Below are positions 22,626 to 33,767 of a stretch of DNA of 64,000 bases, in pieces. How positions within the stretch are numbered: the first letter of the stretch is position 1; each line of letters begins with the position of its first letter. This DNA is from Squalus acanthias (Eukaryota). The stretch lies in the NCBI GenBank assembly GCA_030390025.1, contig CM059438.1, positions 62,126,001 to 62,190,000 on the forward strand. Direction: 5' to 3'. The notes below the pieces were generated by a model, which was not told the DNA's origin, searched no databases, and saw only the letters and a program-made list of their open reading frames with translations. Made by a program: the position numbers and the translations under genes.

Positions 22626-24742
22626 AGAGAGGGACCAGAAGGGTTGGCGGGACCATCACGGCTGACTCTTCTTCATGCGGCAATTGCCAATTAAAAGTTA
22701 ACCATGTGCCCCCTTTTTAAAGGGGCACAACCAATAAAAAAGCCCGTAACTTAACAAAAAACATTAAAGGAAATTTAACAAAGTTTAATGGGATAGGCAA
22801 ATTGCTTTCATTAAAAGGCGGAAAAGTGCACAGTATTTGTAATCGGTGAAGAGGCACTAATAATTAAAATTTCATTACCGCTTTCGACCTGCTGCGATAT
22901 TTTTCTTTCCTGCATTCTCTCAAATTAAATTGGCACAAAGCTTCAGTTCTTTTAATGTTCCCTCGTGCATTCGCCCTCCACGTACAGCTTAATGGGCCAT
23001 TATCCAATGATGTGTGTTGTGGGAGGCCATCCTGCAAACACTTCATTGTATTTATTCCCGGTCTCCCTGCTAAACTCACACGGGCAGGTTCCAGATCCGT
23101 ATCGCTATCCTTGCACTCAGCACCCATCACCCATCTCTGTGCCTGCGCAAAGTGTGCTTGAGCTTTAAAGTTTTCACAGTGAGTGCTTTGGCTGTCCCGT
23201 GCCTCAATCCAAACCTTGTCCTTAATTACCCTTCAGAAACCACCTGAGCGAGTTGGGTAATATAGCAAAACCAGCCCTGCAGTATTGTACAGCCTTGTTT
23301 TGAAAGCAATCTAATTCCCTGAATTTGCTGATATGTACGGAGCAAGGATGGAGGTCGTTCAGATGTCGGTCATCTCAGTGCCCTGCAGTTTCATTTGTCC
23401 ATCAGCAGCTTCACGCATGACTTCTGATATTTTACAGAGTAACCCTGTGAGTAGGCAGTCCAAAGTTCAGGCCACCTTAATGGTATTCTTCTCATTACGA
23501 GCTGATTCTAAACACCAAACAGCCTGATCAAATCAATTTTAAACATTGTTGCTAACTTCAATTCATATCCATTCCTTGTTTTTTGTTCTACATCATCCAT
23601 TGTTTCCCCTCTCCTTTCCCTACTTTGCCTGTCTGCCCCAGTGTTGCCTCGGGTGCTGTGCAGTTTAACATTGCCTCCCCTATCCCACTGCGCCCTCTTC
23701 TCTTCGTCCCCAGTGCAACCTTTGGTGCAGGGGTGGGGTGCAGACTGGAACATCTGTAGGCACACGTGATCTGAACTGCCGTGAATTTAGATTTCATTCC
23801 ACTACCTGTGTAGAGGATCATAAACCCCCACATAGATTACTGTGTTGTGATTGTTGTGTTTAAATCCAGATGTTTTTTTGGGGGGGTGGGGAAGCCTGGG
23901 CTCGCCTATGTCCCAGAAGGTGCTTTCATGTGTTCATATATCTAAGTAAATTTGTAATGTGCCCAGGGATCTGCCGGCGAATGGTTTTTACTTTGTTTCA
24001 GCTTATTCGTTTAATCACGTGATCTTTCTTGTCCTCAGTAGCCAGCTGAATATTGTCATTCAGCTATTAATGAATATTGCCATTAACATTGACAAAAATG
24101 TTGTAAAATTTTGTCTGATAACGCTCCTGTGAAGCACCTTGGGACGTTTTTACTACGTTAAAGGCGCTGTATAAATGCAAGTTGTTTTTACGCCGGCCTT
24201 TGATTTAGGCTTTATCTGCCCAGCAAATTTATTAAAGCGTATAAGTGAATAGTAGCAATGACACAACACAGATTTTACAGTAGTTATTAAGCTTAACTAT
24301 TCTTCAAGTAAGAGCATAGATAGTCATGGCTGCTGCACTGAACTGTTTTTATGGGGTTCTTTTTTTCCGCTCACTATCCATGGAAGGTGTCTGACCTACC
24401 GACCAATTTGAATCAACCAGACTGAGAAATACTTTCCAGAAAATGATCGGGGCTAAACAAATTCAACAGTTGTTAACTCAAAGACATATTTGAACAAATT
24501 TCACGAGGTGCTTATACTTGAATTGAATGGCCCCTCCTTCAGGTGCCTGGCTGAGACAAAAATGAGTAAAATCTAACATTTGTATCAAAATAAACTCCAT
24601 CACATGTCTTGCGAGGGAAATTGTTTGTTTTTTAAACTCCTTATGTATTGTAACGGAATTAAGGAAGCCGTGCTGAATCTTGGATAAACATACTTCATTT
24701 TTGTCTCTGACTGTTCTTTGAACAGAAAGTTGTTTGTCATCC

Positions 24743-25520
24743 AGGGGGCGATCTTGCCAGCCCTGGAGAGGCGGGTATGGAGGCGGGACTGCCGGGAAAA
24801 TGGTAGAATTTGGGGGCAGGTGCCCAACCCGCCCCCATGCCATCTTCCCAGGAGGCGGGTAGCCGTCCCACGCCGGGTCCCGTCTCCTTGGAGGTGGGAA
24901 GGGATTAAAGCCTATTAACTGCCTGTTAACAGGTAGTTAACAGGCAGAAAATAGGATTATCCCCTTTTTGCCCTCCAGTGCGGGCTTCCTGGAGGCTCCA
25001 AAACACGCCAGCTCAGCGAGACGAGTACTGGGTCTGCGGGGGTCGGGGTGCAAATGTGTGGTGTGAAGGTAAGTGATGGGTGCAATAGCGCAGAGGTGAG
25101 TATCTGAGGTAAGTGCAAAGTGTTTTTAAAAGTGTACTTACCTTTGTTTCTTCCTGCAGGCTTCAGTCGGTTTGTATGCGGAGAGTCTCGGACCTCCGCG
25201 TTGGGATTGACAGGTGGCCATTGCATTCACAGATGCAACAACCATCTCAATTCTGTTAAAGAAAGAAGTTTGATGGGGTCTTGTATTCAAGACCTCCTCA
25301 AACTGCAGAGAATGTCAGTGTTTGACAGCTTCACATTCATCTGTCAAAAACGTGCTCTGCAACCGGCTTTCCCTTGATTGGCCTGCTAAGCCCGCTGGGC
25401 GTGCTTAACAAGGTCAATCAAGGGAAAATAGCGTGGGTTGGCCACAAATTGATGGAGGCGGGACATCGACCCGACAAGCAGCAGTCCCGCCTCCAGCGCG
25501 CCCCCAGTGTCAGATCTCAA
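24743..25520 (-). mobile_element. Non-autonomous Harbinger-like element related to 54970-56590
   Basis: 25290-25440 is the reverse complement of 55040-55230 (attttcccctgattg..cttgttaagc.cgcccagcg); inverted tggaggcgggac / gtcccgcctcca near the ends. Confidence 0.55.
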
Positions 25521-25689
25521 ATGATTTTAATGAACTCTTTGTTTTTTAGCACTTTTATGTCTGTTCTGTAAATAAGCTGTCCTTAGTCCCTTGGGAATTA
25601 AATACAGTAGCAAACAGGAAGCTAAAGAAAAATCATTCCCTTTAATGTTCTATTCTTGTGCTTTATTGCACCATCAGCAACCATTTTCT

Positions 25690-26112
25690 TTTCTAAAATG
25701 TGTTCCTGGGATGTGGGTGAGGCTGGCAAGGTTGCATTTACTGCCCTGAGGTGGTCATGGTTGCCCCTTATTCTTAAACTGCTGCACTCCTCGTGCTAAT
25801 GGTGTTCTCACAATAGTTAGGTTGGGAATTCCAGGATATTGATCCAACAATGGCAATATATGTCCAAATCAGGACTGTGTGCGACTTGGGGGTGATGGTG
25901 GTTCCACGACATTGGTAGAGGTCACAGGGGACAGAGGTGCTGTTGAAGTAACTGTGGTGAGATGCTGCAGTGCATCCTGTAGATTGTACAGACTGCAGCC
26001 ACAGTGCGCTGGTGATGGAGGGGGTGGATATTGAGTCCAGTGGCAGGGTTGCCGATTGAGAAACCTGCTTTCCCCTGGATGATATCCATGTTATTGAGTA
26101 TTGTTGCAGCTG
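25690..26112 (-). mobile_element. Degraded 3' fragment of the single-ORF LINE family
   Basis: LNIHPLHHQRTVAAVCTIYRMHCS matches the ORF 30663..31508 C-terminus. Confidence 0.75.
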
Positions 26113-26439
26113 GCCAATTGACCTTCAATGCCCTGATTCCCTGGAACTCTTTCCCTCAGTACATCCACCTTGCCTCTCCTCTCATAGCCTCTGAAAGCCT
26201 TCTAAAGATCCTTCTCTTTGGCCCCCTCCTAACCACCCACTTCTTTCTCGCCTTCATTGGTGTCCATTCTTTGTCCATCACCCAGTGCTCCAAAACATCC
26301 CTCTACGAGAGGAGTGCGCCAGAACTGTAATTACTACAGTTTCAAATTCCATTTCATTATGATTTCTTCATGTCCATTAATATCTCAAACTGTTTTGTGT
26401 GTCTGACGGTGAGAACGCTGGCCTTGATGAACACACAAT

Positions 26440-27208
26440 GGCCCAGAAATTAAACATGGATGGTTCCCGCGGGGGTAAGGATTCCCCGCGATATCGCACT
26501 CCGCGCCTACCTTTTTGCTCCGGGCCCACACGAACTTTAGTTTCAAAGGCTCTCTCTGTTGGAACCGTGCAGTGCTTGCGTGACTCAGAGGTGCAATTAG
26601 TTCGTGTGAGCTCTGGGATCACGTGATTCAGTTAGAGCCAATGGCAGCACACCATCTTTCATTCATAGTTTTGACAGGAAGACCTGTCAAAGCTATGAAT
26701 ACTACACCCCCCCCCCAAAAGAACAGCTAAACCTCAATTATATTTTTTTTAAAAAGCCATCACATTAATAAAATAAGTATAGTTAAATAAATTAACCACT
26801 TTAAACAAAAAATTAAATTTTTGAAAAAATTTAAATATTTTTTAAAAGTTATAAAAATAAACTTACCTTTCTTTAAAGTCTCTAAAAAAGATAAACCTGT
26901 TGAAAAAAAATTAAAATAACACTTAATTAACTACTTACCTTGTTAAAAGGGGGTCCTACGCCTGCTTTCTTTGTGTGTAAAATCTTCACCACTTACCTGC
27001 GCGTTCAAAGCTGGAAAAATAGCTAAGTGCACTGTGTGCGCACAGCCTGTAGTGGGCACGCGGTTCACTTAGGAACCGCCCCCTTTTCAATTCACGAAGT
27101 GCCGGTTTCCCGCGCATGCGCAGTGCATGCAGGAAACCGGCAATTCGGCATCTAATACGTGAGAGTACACAGTGCGTACTCTCACGTATTAGGTTTAATT
27201 TTCGGGCC
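26440..27208. mobile_element. PIF/Harbinger-like MITE
   Basis: TIRs ggcccagaaattaaac / gtttaattttcgggcc; 3-bp TSD aat; GC-rich ends, AT-rich middle; homologous to 45464-46212. Confidence 0.75.
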
Positions 27209-27759
27209 AATATCTTCCCTGCCTCCCCACTCCCCTCATCAAAGATTATCCTTTCTTTTCCCTCAGCATTTCTGAATGAGCACAACTTCTGTGCAAACTG
27301 AGACCTGTCCTATTGTCCAAGCAGTTTCTTTTTGTGAGCTGTGTGCCATGGAGCCCATGAGATGCATGAAAAGAATTGCAGCACCAAAGACCAAATTCAA
27401 GGGTTGCTTTACCCATCACTAAAGATGCTAAAGCTGAGCTAATAACCTACAGCAGTCTGTTTTTCTTTTATCAATTTTGTGGTGTTTTGGCTGTTGCAAA
27501 ACCCTTGTTGACCACTGGCATTTCTACTTATCAATTCATTTTGTGTAATTAGATACACAGAGAAGCACTCGCCCCAAGCGCAGTTACACACTTAAATTAA
27601 AAACTAATCTGGTCAAATTAAAAGCACCATATTTGATACACATATGGGAATGCCAGACTATTGCCTAGTTTTAGGTACGGTACTTGCTGACCAACCCACC
27701 CGACACTGGCTGGCTGCTGCCCCTCTCCCCGACACTGGCTGGCTGCTGCTGCCGCCTCT

Positions 27760-28150
27760 TCCAGAGACCTGAACACATAATCTAGGCTCACACTTCAGGG
27801 AGTGCTGCACTGTCAGAGGTGCCGTCTTTCAGATGAGACGTTAAACCGAGACCTCATCTGCCCTTTCAGGTGGACGTAAAAGATCCCATGGCACTTTCAA
27901 AGAGCAGGAGAGTTCTCCTGGTATCTTGGCCAATATTTATCCCTCAACCAACATCACTTTAAAAAAAAAAACAGATTTATCTGGTCATTTATCTCATCGC
28001 TGTCTGTAGGAGCTTGCTGTGCACAAATTGCCTGCCGTGTTTCCTACATTACAACAGTGACTACACTTCAAAAAGTACTTCATTGGCTGTAAAGCACTTT
28101 GGGCGTCTTGATGTTGTGCAAGGCATTATAGAAATACAAGTCTTTCTTTA
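27760..28150 (+). mobile_element. 5'-truncated Deu-domain SINE
   Basis: Colinear with 2255-2652. Confidence 0.85.
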
Positions 28151-30524
28151 AATCTGGTTCCCTTATGTCAGCAGCAGAATTGGAGACCCACCTTTTGATG
28201 GGCCAATGATTTTTGGTACTGGAACAAGAGAGTCAGGTTTAGCAACAAATGTGGGGAGCCATCGCTCATGGAAAGGTGCCTTCAAAGCTCACTGAAGTTA
28301 AACTAAACCACAGCCTCCCTATTTAATTGGTAAAGTGTAAGGCAGGTTGCTAAGCATATAGCAGCTCTTGAACTGAGGCAGGCATAACAGAGCTGGCTTC
28401 AAACAGCCTAATGGCCGGTTAATGCGTCTTGCATTCATTAAAGTCTTTGTAATGCTGGTTTTGTAATGTATTCATGTTCCAGCAAGCTAAAGAGATTAAA
28501 TGCGAATAAATGAATATTTCACGTTTCGGTAATTGAGGGGGGGGAGAAAATGAGCGAATTTCCCCCTCCCCCCCCCCTTCTTTGCAGCTGTTCCTTTTCA
28601 TTCAGGGTCACTTTCTCCACACAAACAAATTACCATTTCATTAAAAAAAAAGAAAATTCTGTTGCCTATCGGCAGTTGTATGATCCACAATGTTTGCTCT
28701 TATTGCTGTTGTTTGTTTTTAAAATGCACTAATTACACTTTGTGACTAGATATTAAGAGGCTGTAATCAAAAATTAGTTTAAATGAGTTTGGCAATCAGT
28801 ATAGTCATTATGGAAATGCGGCATCTGTACTGCATTTAGAGATGAGCAGCATTAGCAATGGCTTGCACTGTAGGAATGACGCATCATCGCTAATGGAGAC
28901 TGTGTGCTTTGATCAATTGACCATTAGCCCCACCTGGGCTTGCACCTCTGCCGTTGAGAGTTGATATTTTCAGGTGTCTCTTTTTTTCCTTCTCTTCCCC
29001 ACCCACCCCCACCCATCCACTTTTCACTGACCACTGGAAGGATCAAGTTGCCAGGTAGGTAGGCCAACTCCCATCCAATTCCCCCCCCCCCCCTTGCGGG
29101 GAGATGCCACAGCCTCTGCTCAGCACGGCTCAGATCAGGGGTCAAGTGGGGTTGGGTGTGGGGATCCCCCTGTGCCCTCGCATCCCTTGGCCAGCAGCAG
29201 AATTCTAGGCCCACATTTTGAAAGGCCAATGATTTTGCTCCTGGAATAAGAGAGATTGTATTATTGCAGTGGGAATGCTGGGTTTGTAGCGCTGCAGCAC
29301 TACTCTGCAGCCCTAAAGCTGTATTGCCCAGCAATAGTTCTGTGTTTATCCTTCCCCCAGCTGTAGTGGTAAAGTCTAAAAGTACCCTCTTCAGGGCAAG
29401 ACTTTTTTCCCCCAGGGTGAAGTCTCCCTTTATCATTGTTGTGTTGTTCAGTGAGTTGCTGATAGCTGGGATGCACTGTTTTTCTAAACCTGGCTGATAA
29501 GACCCAAATTGCAAGTGATTTCTTTGAGAAAACACATTCCTTGCCCAGACTACAAACCATCCACCTGACTCTGCGACAAGGAACCTTTGGGGAAATATTT
29601 CTCTCTAACCCTGGTTGTGGTTGTGCATTTGGCACATAAGGGAAAGAATTACCACCTATTCACTCTACCACTGAACCACCTGCAATCCAAGATGGCATCT
29701 CTGCTCTCACTGATCACTGTGGAGACCAAGCACTGATGTCCTCCATTATATTATGCCTTCTATCCACATGATGGCATCTGCATTATTCATCATCGCATTG
29801 TTTCTTGCACTATCAAGAGATATGCTTGCTGTTTTCTATCATATAGTGCTGTGCATATGATGACGTTAAATTATCTGGGTCTGTGTTTTGCAGACGTGAT
29901 ATGTCTGCTTTATGCAGATGTATCTCGTGAGATTTCCAATGGTATAGTATTCCACAAGCTAAATGAGGAAGGCAATTTGTCCCCTCTTAGTTCATCCATC
30001 CATCCAGAACTTACAGTCCCCCTATCACAGTATCCAACTGTGCTTTTAAATGATTTCAGGGTTTATGTTTCCACTGCCCTGCCTGGAAGTCTATTTCATA
30101 CGTTGATCACTTCCTGGCACCAATCCTAAATTTGGCTTTTGTCTGTTTGACTCTCTGTGCCCACACCCTCCCCCATCACGATTCAGTTTGAAGTAGTCAG
30201 GATTTACTTTTTCAGTACTGTTTACTACTTTATATGCAACCCCTGAAGACTCAAAATCCCTGGGCAAAGGTTAAGTAGTTTGTGAGCTGATCCATCTAGG
30301 GATAGATCAGTGAGGTGTTTTACCTGTTGGTTATCTAACTGTGTGATTATAGTTCCTAAATAAAATTAACTCATTGCCTTCACTTTGATGAATAACATCT
30401 TCTAAGAACTGGTCGGCCAAATGTGCAGCATTGTCCTTGAATACACTCTGGATATTGAGCTGGATGCACTAAGCAATCTGTTCAGTTTTAAATATTTATT
30501 GCTTTACTATACCCAGTCTTAATT

Positions 30525-32020
30525 CATAGAATCGTACAACACAGAAGGAGGCCCATCGAATCTAAACTGGCTCTTTAAAAGAACTATCCAAAGGGCAGTG
30601 TCCTAGGCCCAACCATCTTCAGCTGCTTCATCAATGACCTTCCCTCCAACATAAGGTCAGAAATGGGGATGTTCGCTGATGACTGCACAGTGTTCAGTGC
30701 CATTCACAACTCCTCAGATAATGAAGCAGTCCATGCCCGCATGCAACAAGACCTGGATGACATTCGGGCTTGGGCTGATAAGTGGCAGGTAACATTCGCG
30801 CCACAGAAGTGCCAGGCAATGACTATCTCCAACAAGCGAGAGTCTAACCACCTCCCCTTGACATTCAGTGGCATTGCCATCGCCGAATCCCCCACCATCA
30901 ACATCTTGGGGGTCACCATTGACCAGAAACTTAACTGGACCAGCCACATAAATACTGTGGCAACAAGAGCAGGTCAGAGGCTAGGTATTCTGCAGCGAGT
31001 GTCTCACCTCCTGACTCCCCAAAGCCTTTCCACCATCTACAAGGCACAAGTAAGGAGTGTGATGGAATACTCTCCACTTGCCTGGATGAGTGTAGCAGCA
31101 ACAACACTCAAGAAGCTCGACACCATCCAGGACAAAGCAGCCCGTTTGATTGGCACCCCATCCACCACCTTAAACATTCACTCCCTCCACCACCGGCGTA
31201 CCGTGACTGCAGTGTGTACCATCTACAAGATGAACTGCAGCAACTCGCCAAGGGTTCTTCGGCAGCACCTCCCAAACCCGCGACCTTTTCCACCTAGAAG
31301 GACAAGGGCAGCAGATGCATGGGAACACCACCACCTCCAAGTTCCCCTCCAAGTCACACAGCATCCTGACTTAGAAGTATATCGCCGATCCTTCATCGTC
31401 GCTGGGTCAAAATCCTGGAACTCCCTCCCTAACAGCACTGTACCTTCACCACACGGACTGCAGCGGTTCAAGAAAGCGGCTCACCACCACCTTCTCGAGG
31501 GCAACTAGGGATGGGCAATAAATGTTGGCCTTGCCAACGACGCCCAGATCCCATCAGCATTAAAAAAAAATTAGTCCCACTCCCCTGCTCTTTCCCCAGA
31601 GTCCTTTTCCAGTATTTATATCCAATTTATTTTTGAAAGTTACTGTTGAATCTGCTTCCATCATCCTTTCAGGCAGTACATTCCAGATCATCATAATTCG
31701 CTGGATATTTTGCAAATTATCTTAAATCTGTGTCCTCTGGTTACCGACCCTTCTGCCAGTGGAAACGGTCCCTATCGACTCAATCAAAACCATGAATTTG
31801 AATGCCTCTATTAAATCTCCCCTTAACCTTCTCTGCTCTAAGGAGAACAACCCAGCTTCTCTAGTTTCTCCACATAACTGAAGTCCCTCATCCCTGGTAA
31901 ATCTCCTCTGCACCCTCTCCAAGGCCTAGACATCCTTCCTAAAGTGTGGTGCTCAGAATTGGTCACAGTACTCCAGCTGAGGTCTAACCAGTGAGTTATA
32001 AAGGATTAGCATGACTTCAT
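30525..32020 (-). mobile_element. CR1 3' fragment split by the LINE at 30592-31570
   Basis: ...gaactatccaa [insert] ttagtcccactcccc... rejoins the tail seen intact at 42370-42400. Confidence 0.8.
30592..31570 (+). mobile_element. 5'-truncated LINE (CR1-group, single-ORF family), RT C-terminal part
   Basis: QGSVLGP, MFADDC, ILGVTIDQKLNW, YKAQVRSVMEY; A-rich 3' end. Confidence 0.9.
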
Positions 32021-32884
32021 AATTGTTTCCATTCTTTTTCTGACTCAGTCCCTAAAGTTTGCATCCACTGTCACTGGTTGTCTGGAGTCTAATTTTTACC
32101 CATCCCTTCACCACATCATGCACCGTATGCTGGTGAAGAGGCCAGTTACCCGGTTTGCATCAAAGTCTCTGAGCTCTAACTGGATTTTGTGTCAATATTT
32201 TGGAGATGTGAGAATGGAGCAGGTTGATTCTTGTGTTTTGTTTTTCCTTTGTCTTTTTCTTGTGGTTGCAGGGTGGGGGGCAGGGGACAGGGGGGCTGGT
32301 TGAGTGTATGATTTGGGCTCACCTCGGCCCCTAAAGGCACAGCACTGCTGGAATTGCAAGCGCGAATCTATGTCCTCGCTGTTCTTTTCCCACTACTTTT
32401 CCTGCTGAGCTTTTATTTCACATCACGGTGGGCTACTCGCACTACACATGCAGTGGCTTGCTTAGTAAAACAGTAGAGCACATTAATTTGTTCTTCAATT
32501 TTCTCTTCCTTCCCTGTAGAAAAATGCTTCACTGCTGATTTGTGCTCCTACCTGCCCCCTTCCCTCCACCACGTTAGGATATCTTATATCCTTCTCCCTT
32601 CACACAGCATCTGTGATGAGGGGTACAGTCCTGGAGGGGTGTGGGTTGAGTCACTGGCTGTCTGCTGGTGGTGAATGTGTTGCACTTGCGGTTTGTAAAC
32701 CAATGTTCAAACTTGGAATTCGTGCTCAGAGCCTCCAAATTCAATTTGTTCCATTGTCCCTCAGAAATGAACATGCTCCCAAAGACTGCCTTATAGAGCG
32801 ACAATACCCTATATACCACATGGTGCTTGTTACAATGGAATACGATGGGTTTACCTGAGCTGCAATTTTGAGTTTGTAATGCGT

Positions 32885-33070
32885 TTTTTAAAATTCATTC
32901 TCGGGATATGGGCATCACTAGCAAGGCCTGCATTTATTGCCCATCCCTGCAAAAGGTGGTGGTGAGCTGCCGCCTTGAACCGCTGCAGTCGTGTGGTGAA
33001 GGGGCTCCACAGTGCTGTTTGGTAGGAAGTTCCAGGAATTTAACCCAGTGACAATGAAGGAATGGTGATT
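32885..33070 (-). mobile_element. 3' tail of the single-ORF LINE family
   Basis: Reverse complement of 31390-31560. Confidence 0.75.
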
Positions 33071-33405
33071 GGAATGAGTAGGGCAAGTGCAGTCATTTGG
33101 ATTGGCACACCGCAATATCAGCACCGAATGCCCTGAATTTCTACATGCTGCCCGAGTACCACAACATTGCTTAAAGCGCCCCAGAGGCAGTGAGAATGCT
33201 GGTTTCGGACCAATGAATCAATTCGCCATACCCAGTGATGGGTATTTGAACTTTTTCATTTGTTCTTTTTAATTACGCACAAACCAATTGCAGTGTAAGC
33301 TCTCATAGCAGTATCTGAAAGTAATTTTTACCTTGTGAATCCCCTACAGGAATATTCGGTGCACCATATATTGAACTAAAAAAAAAATCAACTGTTTCTT
33401 TTCAG

Positions 33406-33469
33406 GTCCTACCTTGCTGCTGAACAGTGATGTCATCAAACAGCGCCTTGGATCTACTGCTTTAGACAG
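33406..33469 (+). CDS. PNPLA7: PNPLA7-like exon D
   Basis: tttcttttcag|GTCCT...GACAG|gtaaag; 64 nt, phase 1-2; (G)PTLLLNSDVIKQRLGSTALD(S). Confidence 0.92.
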
Positions 33470-33767
33470 GTAAAGTCACATCCTGCCTTACTTAACCTCC
33501 TACCTCTTTCAAGCGAGCTTGTTCTAGCTGGTTGTACTCTGTCTTTGGTTTGGTTACTCTGATTTCACAAGGCATTGTTGGGTGGGGACAGGTTATATAC
33601 ACAATGCCTTTACACTGGCTAACAATAACAAGAGACACCTGGGCGATACCAGTAAACACACAGATAAAGGCCATGGAGCATTTAGGATAGTGCAACCATC
33701 TGGAAGTTGGATGGTAATAATGGGCTGGACAGGAGAATTCCAAATTCAGGGACATTGTAGTTTCAAC

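Noticed and set aside
21916..22694. Pro-, Gly-, Glu- and Arg-rich ORFs
   Set aside because: Translations of a low-complexity (GGA)n array that is open in most frames.
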